Shown here: in pieces, positions 37,631 through 50,690 of the stretch
Layout of the letters: each line of letters opens with the position of its first letter
Position numbering within the stretch: the first letter of the stretch is position 1
Assembly (NCBI GenBank): GCA_051362555.1
Contig: CM120642.1
Location: 25,978,001 to 26,042,000, forward strand
Length of the DNA stretch: 64,000 nt
Reading direction: 5' to 3'
From: Lingula anatina
Taxonomy: Eukaryota > Animalia > Brachiopoda
Program-made: the position numbers and the translations under genes
Notes under the pieces: generated by a model
The model's database searches: none
What the model was told of the DNA's origin: nothing
The model's input: only the letters and a program-made list of their open reading frames with translations

Positions 37631-38420
37631 ACACAAAAAGAAAAATAATTTTCAAACTTTAATACGTGGGACGAACGATTTAAATTTAATATTGATTAAA
37701 TCATAATTTATTATTTAAATTGTAAAAAGCCATCTAATAACAACACAAGATCGTAATGTAAGCCTCATGACACTTGATCACGGCCACTTTGTCTATTTTA
37801 AAAATTTTTATATCAAGGCATGTATTGAGCATGATTTGTCTGTACCAGAACACCTTGACATATACATATAGTTTTGTCTGTTACTGAATAACTATCTGAA
37901 ATCGAAATTGGAGAGGGATTTAAGGGAGTGATGTAAGGCACATGAGTATATTGTGTGGCAAAATGTTTTCTTTTCAAGACATTATATTGTACTTGTTCGT
38001 GATTCTTTCCCTGGTTGTAGAAACCTTGAATTGCCGTTTTTCTATGACTGGGTTAGTTTCACTTTCGCATTTGGTTCAACAATGTAATCTTTCACTTTCG
38101 CATTTAGTTTAACTGTCTGATTTTTTATGTGAAATTACTCACCCAAATGACATGAAAATTACTAAGCCTCACCTCCCCTAAGATCAATTGTCGATGACTA
38201 CTGATAAATAACCGTTCGTGTATTTTGATTTTCACATTTCACATTTAGCTGATCACGACATGTAGGTATGTACCAGTGCATTGAGTAAAAACGTGTAGAG
38301 AGGTGTGGATAATTATAGGTACAAATACTGGTACTTGGGATTGTACAACTTTTTAAGTCTTGTTGAGTGACCATCATGTAAAAAACTCTTCATATTTCAG
38401 GAAAACACTACCAACTTAAA

Positions 38421-38497
38421 ATGGCAGAACAAGTGATTGGTGGAAAATCTCAAGAAGAAAACTCAAGTCACCAGAGCCAGCCACAGCAGGAATGCAG
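38421..38497 (+). CDS. Orphan gene copy 1, first coding exon
   Basis: tttcag acceptor at 38400, aaaATGg start, MAEQVIGGKSQEENSSHQSQPQQEC, phase-2 donor ag|gtaac. Confidence 0.6.
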
Positions 38498-39487
38498 GTA
38501 ACATACGTGTAATTTGTGATAAATGAAGAATGCAGTTGTAACAATATTTCGAAGAACAATAAAATGAAGATCAACCATGTAATTATTCACTTTAGTGATA
38601 CTGTTTTGTAGACAATCAACGACAGATAAACCTCAATTCTCAAAGTCAACCCAAACAAATTAAGATACTGAAATCAGTTTTATTTTGATAGAGACATTAT
38701 TCAAAAATTTAAAGCATATATGCAGAAATGGATTTTGATGTGAATCTACTCCTCCACAAATCTCTTCGTATCGAGTATATAAGCTTGGAAAAGAAACAAT
38801 AAAACAAATTATCATTTTGCTGTACACAAGCCTAGGCCTTATTCCGTTTCTTACTTTGAATACCAGATTTAAATTTGTACTTGCGATCGCCCAATTAAAC
38901 GAGTTCGTGGCGTGATGGAATATTCATGGCATTATAACAAGACTGAAGTGCATCAAACAGTCCAACAAATACAAATACAAATACAAATACCCCTGTATCA
39001 CCCCCCCCCCTAAAAAAAAAAAGGCTGTAAAGACGTGCTATCCAAGGGCGGATCCAAGACAGTTTGGTACTTTGAATTGCGTTTTTCTGTGACTGGGTCA
39101 GTTTCACTGTCTCATTTGACAGACCATGAGACATGAAGTCCACGCCGACGCCCCCCCTTGGCCCCGAGAAATTCGGTATTTTAGAGGACGAACGGTGCCA
39201 TTTGGTACGGTTTAGAACTATGATTCAGCCAGTCAAAATTCCAATTTCAAGAGGGGGCCATTGGTGTGATTTTTGCAGAAATCGGAAGAGAGGGTCAGGG
39301 CCCATTTGATACCTCCCCTTAATCCGCCACTGCTGTCACAAGATACTAAATGCAGAACCCACACCATCAGAATCTCAGATTTGTAGCTAAGCAGTTTGTA
39401 CTAGTGAGAGGCTTTCTGTGATATATTCTTTATCTTTAAATGCAATTTATCTAATATATAGTATTCATTATGTTTGAATTTTTACAG

Positions 39488-39755
39488 TAATCAAGAGCAC
39501 CCTGATGAAACCGATCATCTAACTCAGCGGCAGTTTGATCGAGCTGCGTCAAGTTCCGACCCAGAGATACGATCGCGGTTTAGGGCAAGAGAAATCTCGA
39601 AAAATCGCGTGGAACAATCTGCCATTGACAGAGAGATCCAAGGGAGGTTGGACGATAAAGGAGAATCGTATAGGGAAAACAACAGAGTGGTGCATATGGC
39701 ACATGAGTACATCAATCAAAATGCAAGACCTGGTCCAGGGAAACCACGGCATTAA
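39488..39755 (+). CDS. Orphan gene copy 1, terminal coding exon (spliced product 114 aa, hydrophilic)
   Basis: tttttacag| phase 2 joins in frame: (S)NQEHPDETDHLTQRQFDRAASSSDPEIRSRF...YINQNARPGPGKPRH*. Confidence 0.6.
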
Positions 39756-42087
39756 TTATCCTTTTTACATAGAATGACGCGATCGACAAGGAGACACGGT
39801 TCAGAAAAAAAATAGTTTCTATGATTGTAGTTTTAAAGCAACATAAACCAGTTAGAGGGTCTCTTTGCTGATCTGACCACCACCTTATGAACAAAAAATG
39901 TTTGAAAGTATGGTGTGAATTCACATTATGAAGTAATTTTCATATCCTGCTTTAATTTTGAACTGTGTTAGATTTAGTATCTGAGATACTTTCACTACTT
40001 TGTGACTCGTATATAAACCAGTATGTGCTATAACTGGTAGGTCATAGCCTATTGTAAAATTGACCAAAGTAACAAATAACAAATATACATATTATATATT
40101 TTTTACTTGAGATTATACATATTGAGATATCATGATACTTGAGATTTTGGGTTTGAGTATGGTTAGCAAATTCCTTCCTCTTGAAGATCCCCATAGAAAT
40201 GAGAACACTAGTTTTAGTACAATTAGTTTTTCTGTATGATTGTTGGCTATTTTTTCTGAAGATTTGATGTGTTAGATTTATGGAATCCAGTAGTATCACA
40301 CAAATAATTACAGATTTATAGACAAGACTTCTTGAACCACAATATGAAAGATCATCATTTAGTTACTGGCACAGAATAATGCATGTTCTACAAGTGTTTG
40401 TTTGTTTTGTTTTGATGTGTGGGAGAAATATAATTAATACATTGCTTTGAGTGAAAAAGTCCCACAAAATATCCATTAATTATTCATATCTTTTGCTATC
40501 CTTTTCTATGAATTTGATTAAAATGGAGTCAAAATAAAAGAGGGTAAATAGCCACAGAGACACAAATCTCTTTACAGAGTTTATTCATACATAGTGCAAA
40601 ACTTAGCAAAGAAATTGACATTTGACATCTTTCGACCTTTGATATATGGAAAAATATAATTATATGTACAAAATAACTTATTCACCAACAAGGTACACTT
40701 GAATCCAACAATAACATAGCAGCTCTTGAAGGGTTATAATAATGTTGTTAATAACAATAATAATAATAAATGATTATGAAAGTACAGTTATTACAATTCT
40801 TCTAAATGAGCTTGGCTTAAACCGTGTTATAGTACACGAGTCGTTTACTTTCCATAGTAACGAGTATCCCATGAACTTCTGTACACTGATGTATAAAGGG
40901 CCACGTTAATATTGGCAGTATTCCTGGAAAATCCTGTTACTTATTTTGGCGAATTTCTACATCCGTGGAAGGTGACTCGATGGTATAAGCAAATGGAATA
41001 CAAATGGTATTCTTTTCTAAGTTGTTTTACAAGTTGATCAAAAATCAACGTCACGTTGGATACAATGGTCTTCAAGCTATAAAATTACAACACTTTTCAT
41101 TTAACTTTATCTTTTATAGAGAGGCACATGTAGCATGGTTGTCACAAAGATTAGGCAGATATCTGGTCTAGATTTTGCACAGCTTTGTTCTATCAATACG
41201 GCCATGCCCAGGGAGGGGCTAATCTACCCCCATGTACTACGGAGCTGGAGACTTTGAATCTTGGAAGTGATTTTTTGATGTTACGCGAGGTAGCAAATAC
41301 AACTCAGATATTATCTTCCTTATTATTTATTTAACGACTGTCCAGTTGTTACCCGCGCCGCTCTCTTCATTTCTATTTCCACCTTGTGCAATCTCTAGCA
41401 ATCTCGTGGATATATTTCGTATTGGCATTTACACCTTTTAAAGTGCGGCCCATGAGCAAAGATATTTTTTAATTTGTTTTTCCCGAGCAGATGTTTTAAT
41501 CTGTTACTCTCTTATTATGGCCCTGACACATTTTCTTAAACGGTTTTGAAATGCCAGTGATTAGGCCTTTTATTTGGATAAGTTATCGAGAAACAATTCT
41601 CAAAATATATTCTTCGCAACTCGAAAAACGTAATTTTATTTGAAGGGACTTCCCATTAGACAGATTAGTCACAATCTTAAGGATTGCTTGTCACCTTCAA
41701 GGTGTATGTGCAATGTTTGACATTGCAAGGGGGAAGTGGGCGAAATAGAACGGGTATTCCTATGAACAGAATTATGATTCATCATCTGAAATGACTCCGA
41801 GGTTAAGTTCAAGAGCCCTAAACCGAAACAAAGTGCAATAATAATTAGTATTGCCTGGAATTAAAGTGAATGTCATTTAAGTGTCGTATCCTGTAAAAAA
41901 TTAGAAAAAGAAAAAAACTCGTTATGATGGATATTAAAATTACAAGAGTAGACAAACAACAAAATATTCATTCACTGCATGCTGTCAATTACTAACATAC
42001 GCAGACAGTACTAGTTCCAAATCAAAGATAACAAACTGTTTAAAAAGCGAGGCTTATGGGAGGAGAATGAACATCCGTGGTTATTAT

Positions 42088-42111
42088 CTTGGACATAATA
42101 TTATGTCCAAG
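42088..42111. mobile_element. 24-bp perfect palindrome with near-perfect 7-bp flanking duplication
   Basis: cttggacataatattatgtccaag flanked by ttattat / ttataat. Confidence 0.5.
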
Positions 42112-43135
42112 TTATAATGCACTGCGCGTTATCTATCGTGTCATAACCTTGCGCAACCTGCTAAGGTGAATACTGACATTAAAGATTTCTCGTCAGATGG
42201 TCGAAATGGCGTGAACTGAGCATATTCTTCAGAAAACATGCCCAACTGACGATATTTTATCCAAATAAACAAATTAAAATTTTATTTTGTAAATTTTGGG
42301 CTTTAAAAGACGTCCTTTTTGCTCAGCCTGAGAGTTAATGAGCTACGTGGTCACATGGTCCGATGACGACAATCGTGCCACCATAAGAGAGAGAGCCAAG
42401 CAGCGTATATACATGTAGCTGTCAAACTGAGCTGCGTTGTCTACCTGTAAGATGACTTTTCTGACTCCTGATGAAAGCTCATACTCATTCAAATCTCTTA
42501 CTCGAGGGGTCTAAACCCCCGTGAAGCCATTTTCCCGTGTATTCAATTATTTAACTAGCATTTAATTGTGGTTATCCCAACTAGGATAAAATACTGCATT
42601 CGAACTTGAGGGTACTTTTGATCATTCGATATGAGGTCCATGTTACTTGTGAAATTCAATTCAATTTATTAGACCCTTGCGGCTCATCAGAATGAAATGC
42701 AATAAAAATATTAAGTCATAAAAACAATAACAATACAACTACTAGTAGGAATGATAAAACTCATCAGACTGACGTTAATCTTGGCTCCGATGCAAATTTT
42801 AAGCAAACAATGCTTTTTTTACCTTGTTCTGCTGACAGTTGATTTGAAAGGCTATCAGCTTTTGATATGATCTAACCCACTTGAGGCGACCATAATCTCG
42901 AGCATCATATCTATTGTCACCGCAGTTAGTAAATAAGTCACGGAAGACCGTCACAGACAAAGAAAGGAGATTGTCAACGAGTGCTGCTGTCTAATTCAGA
43001 GATAAGTCAATCACTTACCTGAGAGGCATTTGAAAAGCTACCAAAAAGATAACGCTACACAAGGGTGGAATATTCATGGAAATTTAATGACCTCATTGTT
43101 CCTGATCTTAATTTCCGCCCAGTCCACAGTTCAAT

Positions 43136-43167
43136 CTAAGATCTAATATCCGTTTAATAGATCTTAG
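43136..43167. mobile_element. 32-bp hairpin micro-element with 7-bp TSD
   Basis: ctaagatcta...tagatcttag flanked by gttcaat (43129-43135, 43168-43174); absent from the paralog at ~47096. Confidence 0.8.
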
Positions 43168-43178
43168 GTTCAATGAAC

Positions 43179-43218
43179 CAAGGAGTTATAAAAGAAGGCC
43201 TTCTGTTATAACTCCTTG
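43179..43218. mobile_element. 40-bp hairpin micro-element with 7-bp TSD
   Basis: caaggagttataa...ttataactccttg flanked by aatgaac (43172-43178, 43219-43225); absent from the paralog at ~47100. Confidence 0.8.
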
Positions 43219-43733
43219 AATGAACATAGTTCATAGACGCAGAAGCGGCCTCTGGTAAGTTTGCATAATAGCTTCAGCTAAAATTATGATTGACGGAGAT
43301 ATGTTCTAAAATGTGACTTTTGTGATGGTACATGTCTGTGTGGAGCAAACGTGAGAGGTGCATTCACTCCCTGATTTGATATTGATGTTTCAGGTATAGT
43401 AATACCGTTTTGGGTGAGAGACTTGTGTAACATTTGTCTTCCTGTTAAAATAAGTGTTTTTAAACCGCCAGTTATCAGAAAGCATTCACTTTGATTTTTT
43501 TAATTTGATTTTGATCAAAAAGGGGAATTTTAATACACCAATTTTCAAAAACGTATTTATGCATCTTTGTCATCAAAATGACAGAAATATAATTGCAAAA
43601 AGTGGTCTATTTGAGACTAAACTATTCTTGGTGATATTTAATATGGGTAGATTTATATAGAAGTGGTGGTATCAAAACATACAGAAAAAACGAGGGGAGC
43701 CTAATTCCAATATTTATCACATCTGTCCCTATT

Positions 43734-43782
<49 letters not shown>

Positions 43783-44314
43783 ACACATTAAAATCTATGT
43801 CCAGGTTCTAACTATCTATAAATGAACTACGTACATGTATCTACGATAATTGGCGGCCATTTTGGATATTTCATGTTTCCCATGTCTGGATTCCTTGGGA
43901 TTTTAGTATGTCGAGCAAACACAAAACTTTTAATAACGTTGCCATAACGTTTTTTCGTTATGGAAACGTTATGAAACATGCTGAGTTTGCTGGGAGGCTT
44001 CAATTTTATAAATTCTGTTGTGATTTTGACCAGGTTCACCTCAGACCTTGTCTATTTAACCTGGACAATTGGAGTACACATTTATTATGCTGTCACTTAC
44101 TAAGATTACAGTTTGCGCCACCGCTGATTACCATGAGACCTGTTTTTGTTTCGTTGATCACCATCCCTGACTGTGAGCAAAATGTTTTCTATTAAAGACA
44201 TTATATTGTACTTGTTCGTGATTCTCTCCCTGTTTGTAGAAAGTAAAATGGTATCGTCTATATAGTGTAAAACTGAGTGCAATCAAAGATATGCTGCACG
44301 GTTGCATCGTTATT

Positions 44315-44501
44315 CAGGCCCGTAGCCAGCAATTTCAAAAGGGTGTTCTTTTCCTGAAAAAGTGGACCCTTTTTTCCATAAAAACTTCTTGTACCTAGAT
44401 CAAATTTTACCCAGAGTGGACCTTTTCCCAGCAAAAGGGGTGGTTCTTTCGAACCCCCCGAAGCCCCCCCCCCCCCCCCCCCGCCCCTGGCTACGGGCTT
44501 G
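44315..44501. mobile_element. MITE, same family as 27208-27368
   Basis: caggcccgtagccag...ctggctacgggcttg; empty site in the paralog at ~48226-48240. Confidence 0.85.
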
Positions 44502-45671
44502 TTTTTTTTTAATAGTAAATAGCTCAGCTTCTCGTGGGAACTACCCTCTATCAGGGCCACAGATTTGATTCAGATTTTTCTCTAGATATTCGCAGATATG
44601 TCTCTGGCTAATTCATGGCTTATTTTTTCACAGGAGAAAAGTATAAATAATAGGCCTAAGCTGCTGATAGATGGTTATTTTGGTTATTTTGAATATCTGT
44701 AAAAAATCTGTCAGTCGCCCTGGTAGAGGGTACGGCCCTGGTAAGGGATACGTGGTAAAAACGTAGTCGGCGTTTTGAGCAATGAACACGTTGCATTGAT
44801 CTATAGTTGGCTTACATTCCCCAATATCTGACTTAGAAAGTGTATATTAAGAAATAGAGATATGTGTGTTATGTAACTTAATCGAACTATTCGTTGTTTA
44901 TGGCACCCATTATATTTAAAAATACAAATTTGCGTATGTGACTAGAAAAGTCGAGAATCATCTTTTACCAGTCACAATCATCAAACCCGATTTTGCAGTT
45001 GACAAACGCGGCCATAGGCAACTTCTCTTACTTCAGGATTTCAAAATAAAAAAAAATCAATTGATAAACATTTTACACGTTCTGTGAGTGTCGAGGTTAC
45101 TTTTTGAAGTCTCAGTTTTATTGGAACTAGATTGCTTGAAGATCTGAGAGATTGAAGCAGAGGAAATTGATGAAAAAAAAGTAGAAAACTTTTATGGGTG
45201 CAGATTTGCAGCGTTTAACAGGAAAAAGGTCCAAATCTAGATATGGTAATCATATTGAGGTGTTTTATTTTTTAGGTAAGGCTATGTGACGAACTCCCTT
45301 ACCCCTCAAACACATACAGACACACAGCAAAAAGTTGTAGAATTTCTTGCACAAAGCCACCACTGCCACTACACACACACACACACATGCACACACACAC
45401 ACACACACACACATAACAGTTACTTTGAAAAACCTGCCCTGAGTGTCAGGGCAATGTAAAGCTAGCTTGCTCACTATACCTTTTCATGTGTTAGCTTTAC
45501 AGTGCCCCTGAAGAAAAGGTATAGTGAGAAAACTAGCTTTATAGTGCAAAGATTTTGGAGTCGCTTCCTGAGCCACACAATGTGGCTCACAAGTGTTGTA
45601 AACTGCCGTACACACCCAACGGTCGCTCCTCCTACTATTCCGAAATAGACCAATAATATCTCACACATATT

Positions 45672-45811
45672 CGTCACGTGACCCAACGCGTAATCCGTGC
45701 GATAACACAAGACACCAGCAGATCGCTACTTTATAGAGAGGAGTTAAGACCGAGGAAAAAGTTTCTGAGAAGCATCGCTGTGTTGAAACATTTAAGTATA
45801 TCCAACAAAAG
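45672..45811 (+). promoter_or_regulatory. Possible promoter and non-coding first exon (GTCACGTGAC E-box palindrome, strong donor)
   Basis: gtcacgtgac at 45672-45681 and aaaag|gtaagg at ~45811, upstream of orphan gene copy 2. Confidence 0.35.
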
Positions 45812-48800
45812 GTAAGGGGATATGACTTTTACCACTGTCTTTTACCCTCCTTCCCTCCCCATTTAACCCTCAGGTCCAACATTTTTCCTACTATATTCAG
45901 TCTGATGTACACCTAAGGGTGGTACCCTCTTTTAACAGCGCTTTGGCGCTTTTCTGACGCTTTTTCTCCCCACCTTTTATGGTTAAAGATGCATATAAAG
46001 TCATTTTTTGCCACAAAAGCCAACCAAATACCAGCATTTAATTTCAAGTAGTATAACTAAGAGAATTACCAAAAGGCATTGTAACATTTAACCTGAAAAT
46101 GATGTTTGAACGGATTTTTCTGTTAGCCTTCTATGCTGTATGTCAATGGGGAAGAAAAGTAGGTCACGAAAGAAGGTTAAATTTTTGACAAAAATGTAAA
46201 GAAAGGAGCAATATAAAGCTCTTTTACGGCTGATCGAGTGAACATTGTATTTAATTTAAGATAAAACAAAAAAGGCAAAAATTGAGAATGTCAGTCTGTG
46301 TGCAGTTGTATATGTATCAGAGGATATGTGTTTCCGGTAAATCAGACACTTGTTTCTACATTGAACTATGGACTGGGCGGAAAGTAAGAGCAGGAACAAT
46401 GAGATCGTTAAATTTCCATGAATATTCCACTCTTGTGTAGCGTTATCTTTTTGGAAGCTTTTCAAAATAATGCCTCTCAGGTAAAGTGATTGACTTATCT
46501 CTGATTTAGACACTTATCTATGAACCTTCGCTAACGTTTCTTAACATGGAAAGATTTTATAATATCAGTGTCGCCAAGCAAAAAAAGGCACTTTATATCA
46601 ATATATATAAACAATTTTATTTTGATATTATGTCGATATAAAGAACAAGATGTATATTCACCTTCAAGGTCTAAAGCACGTGTTACTTGAGTCACTAGTG
46701 TTAGGTTATGACTCGGTTTTATGGAACGATTTATAGTTTTTTTTACTTTGGACGTGTATAAACGGGAAGAATAATGACAAACCGTTCACCAGTTACACAC
46801 ACAGTACCGCTGTTTATTGATGCACGAACTGGTACGGTACATAATTTTACATCAACAAAAATCCCACTCTTGTCACTTCCAACATTTGTCACCGTGTACT
46901 AAAATAAGCAGAGCAGTATGGAGACGCTGCGAAGGTTTATTGTTTAGGTGTCTATATCAAGAGATAAGTCAATCACTTTACATGAGAGGCATTTTTGAAA
47001 AGCTATCAAAAAGATAACGCTAGATAAAAGAGATGAATTCCCATAGAAATTTAATGATCTCATTGTTCCTGCTCTTGAGTTCCGACCGGTCCACAGTTCA
47101 ATGAACATAGTTCATAGACGCAGGAGCGGCCTCTGGTAAGTTTGCATAATAGCTTGAGCTAAAATTATGCTATATTAAAATCCTGAAGTAACAAAATTAT
47201 ATGATTGACGGAGATATGTTCTAAAATGTGACTTTTGTGATGGTACATGTCTGTGTGGAGCAAACGTGAGAGGTGCATTCACTCCCTGATTTGATATTGA
47301 GGTTTCAGGTATTGTAATACCGTTTTGGGTGAGAGACTTGTGTAACATTTGTCTTCCTGTTAAAATAAGTGTTTTTAAACCGCCAGTTATCAGAAAGCAT
47401 TCACTTTGATTTTTTAAATTTGATTTTGATCAAAAAGGGGAATTTTAATACACCAATTTTCAAAAACGTATTTATGCATCTTTGTCATCAAAATGATAGA
47501 AATATAATTGCAAAAAGTGGTCTATTTGAGACTAACCTATTCTTGGTGATATTTAATTTGGGTAGATTTATATAGAAGTGGTGGTATCAAAACATACAGA
47601 AAAAACGAAGGGGAGCCTAGTTCCAATATTTATCACTTCTGTTCCTATTCAAAAAATAAAAATAAATAAATAAAATAACACCACACATTTAAATCTATGT
47701 CCTCCTACAGAGCAGGTTCTTACTATCTATAAATGAACTACGTACATGTATCTACGATAATTGGCGGTCATTTTGGATATTTCATGTTTCCCATGTAGGG
47801 ATTCCTTGCGATTTTAGTATGTCGAGCAAACACAAAACTTTTAATAACGTTGCCATAACGTTTTTTTTTTTCGTTATGGAAACGTTATGAAACATGCTGT
47901 GTTTGCTGGGAGGCTTCAATGTTATGAATTCTGTCGTGATTTTGACCAGGTTCACCCCAGACCTTGTCTATTTAACCTGGAAAATTGGAGTACACATTTA
48001 TTATGCTGTCACTTACTAAGATTACAGTTTGCGCCACCGCTGATTACCATGAGACCTGTTTTTGTTTCGTTGATCACTATCCTTGACTGTGAGCAAAATG
48101 TTTTCTTTTCAAGACTTTATATTGTACTTGTTCGTGATTCTTTCCCTGTTTGTAGAGAGTAAAATGGTATCGTATATATATAGTGTAAAACTGCGTGCAA
48201 TCAAAGATAAGCTGCACGACGGCATCGTTATTTGTATTGTAAATAGCTCAGCTTCTCGTGGGAACAACCCTCTATCAGGGCCACAGATTTGATTCAGATT
48301 TTTCACTAGATATTCGCAGATATTTCTCTGGCTAATTCATGGCTTATTTTTTCACTGGAGAAAAGTGTAAATAATAGGCCTAAGCTGCGGCCCTGGTAGG
48401 GGATACGTGGTAAAAACGTAGTCGGCGTTTTGAGCAATGAACAAGATGCATTAATGTATAGTTGGCTTACATTCCCCAATATCTGACTTAGAAAGTGTAT
48501 ATTAAGAAATAGAGAGATGTGTGTTTGTAACTTAATCGAACTATTCGTTGTTAATGGCACCCATTATATTTAAAAATACAAATTTACGGAAAGTTGAGAA
48601 TCATCTTTTACTAGTCATAATCATCGTACCCGATTTTCCTGTTGAAAAACGCGGTCATAAGCAACTTTTGTTACTTCAGGATTTTAAAATTAAAAAATCA
48701 TTTGATAATCATTTTACACGTTCTGTGAGTGTGGAGGGTACTTTTGGAAGTCTCAGTTTTGTTGGAAACAGACTGCTTGGAGATCTTAGAGATGGAGGCA

Positions 48801-49691
48801 AAGGAAATTGATGACCAAAAGAAAAGAAAGGAGAAAACGTTTATGGGTTCAGATTTGCAGGGTTGAACAGAAAAAGAGGTAAAAATCTAGTTATTGTGAT
48901 CATATTGAGGTGTTTTATTTTTGAGGTGAGGCTATGTGACCCCCCCCCCCCTTCCTCCTCAAACACAAAAAGCAACCACCGCCACTACTAACACACACAT
49001 ATATATATAACAGTTACATTGAAAAAACCCTGCATCCCGCTAAAATGTAAATCACTTACAGGTAGGTACGTGCTTATAGATACGGAACCCATGCACACCT
49101 GCACAAGTAGGCCAAAATTGTTGACCTAATTAAACAAAATCTGCACGTCACGCGTTATCGTTACACCTTAAATAGCACTTTGGAAAATCTGAAAATTTTA
49201 TTTCTAGTAAAATGAAATAACATAATTCTAGGTGTGAGTCAGCATGTGACAGGTAAGTGTTGTCAGCGGAGAAATGACTTTCTTTTAGTCATACCTTGAA
49301 TTGCGTTTTTCTCTGACTGAGTTAGTTTCACTTTCTCATTTGGTTCAACTATATAATCTTTCACTTTCGCATTTAGTTCAACTATCTGATTTTTTATGTG
49401 AAATAATTCACCTAAATAGAATGAAAATTACTAAGCCTCACCTCCCCCAAGGTCAATTGTCGATTACTACTGATAAATAACCGTTCGTTTATTTTGATTT
49501 TCACATTTCACATTTAGCTGCTCACGACATGTAGGTATATACCAGTGCATTGAATAAAAACGCTCAGAGAGGTGTGAATAATTATAGGTACAAATACTGG
49601 TACTTGGGATTGTACAACAACTTTTAAGTCTTGTTGAGTGACCATCATGTAAAAAACACTTCATATTTCAGAAAAACACTACCAACTTAAA

Positions 49692-49768
49692 ATGGCAGAA
49701 CAAGTAATTGGTGGAAAATCTCAAGAAGAAAACTCAAGTCACCAGAGCCAGCCACAGCAGGCATCCAG
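49692..49768 (+). CDS. Orphan gene copy 2, first coding exon
   Basis: MAEQVIGGKSQEENSSHQSQPQQAS with the same acceptor and phase-2 donor as copy 1. Confidence 0.6.
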
Positions 49769-49910
49769 GTAACACACGTGTAATTTGTGATAAATGAAGA
49801 ATGTAGTTGTAACAATATTTCGAAGAACAATAAAATGAAGATCAACACAAGGCCAGTGATTAGGGGCAATTGACCTGGATTTTCATTCCAGGTGAAATGA
49901 CCCTAGTCAT

Positions 49911-49958
49911 TTACTCCCTGATGATGGTGACTGACAGTCACAGAAATATTGGAGGTAA
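49911..49958 (+). ncRNA. Minimal type I hammerhead ribozyme motif (Penelope-like) in an intron
   Basis: ctcc-CTGATGA-tg-gtgact(gac)agtcac-a-GAAA-tatt-ggag: stem I ctcc/ggag, 6-bp stem II, palindromic AATATT; the stem II base pair G-C appears mutated to G-A. Confidence 0.65.
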
Positions 49959-50690
49959 TACCTACATATTTTATAAGCTCTTGATGAAAAGAAAAACAAT
50001 AATTTAAAAAAACAAATTATCATTTTGCTCTACACAAGCCTAGGCCTTATGCCGTTTCTTACTTTGAATACCAGATTTAAATTTGTACTTGCGATCGCCC
50101 AATTAAACGAGTTCGTGGCGTGATGGAATATCCATGGCATTATAACAAGACTGAAGTGCATCAAACAGTCCAACAAATACAAGTACCCCTGTATCACCCC
50201 CCCCCCAAAAAAAAAAAAAAAAAAAAAAAAAAACTGTAAAGATGTGCTATCCAAGGGCGGATCCAAGACTATTTGGTACCTTGAATTGCGTTTTTCTGTG
50301 ACTGGGTCAGTTTCACTTTCTCTTTTGACAGACCATGAGACATAAAGTCCACGCCGACGCCCCCCCTCCCCTTGGCCCCGAGAAATTCGGTATTTTAGAG
50401 GACGAACGGTGCCATTTGGTACGGTTTAGAACTATGATTCAGCCAGTCAAAACTCCAATTTCAAGAGGGGGCCATTGGTGTGACTTTTGCAGAAATCGGA
50501 AGAGAGGGTCAGGGCCCATTCGATACCCCCCTTAATCCACCACTGCTGTCACCAGATACTAAATGTGGGACCCACACCATCACAATCTCAGATTTGTAAC
50601 AATTTGTACCAGTGAGAGGGGCTCTGATATATTCTGTATCTTTAAATGCAATTCATCTACATAGTATTCATTATGTTTGAATTTTTGCAG

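Larger units (their letters stand above)
38023..41275 (+). repeat. Segmental duplication, copy of 49293-52460
   Basis: Collinear high identity over ~3.2 kb, from accttgaattg to ttggaagtgatttt. Confidence 0.95.
42998..45433 (+). repeat. Segmental duplication, copy of 46958-49030
   Basis: Collinear high identity (e.g. near-identical spurious ORFs at 43454 and 47369); an inverted partial copy lies at ~46360-46503. Confidence 0.95.

Noticed and set aside
43454-48811. Twin ORFs in the duplicated blocks (43454/47369, 43908/47887)
   Set aside because: Similarity reflects DNA duplication; starts and ends differ, and there is no splice structure or domain support
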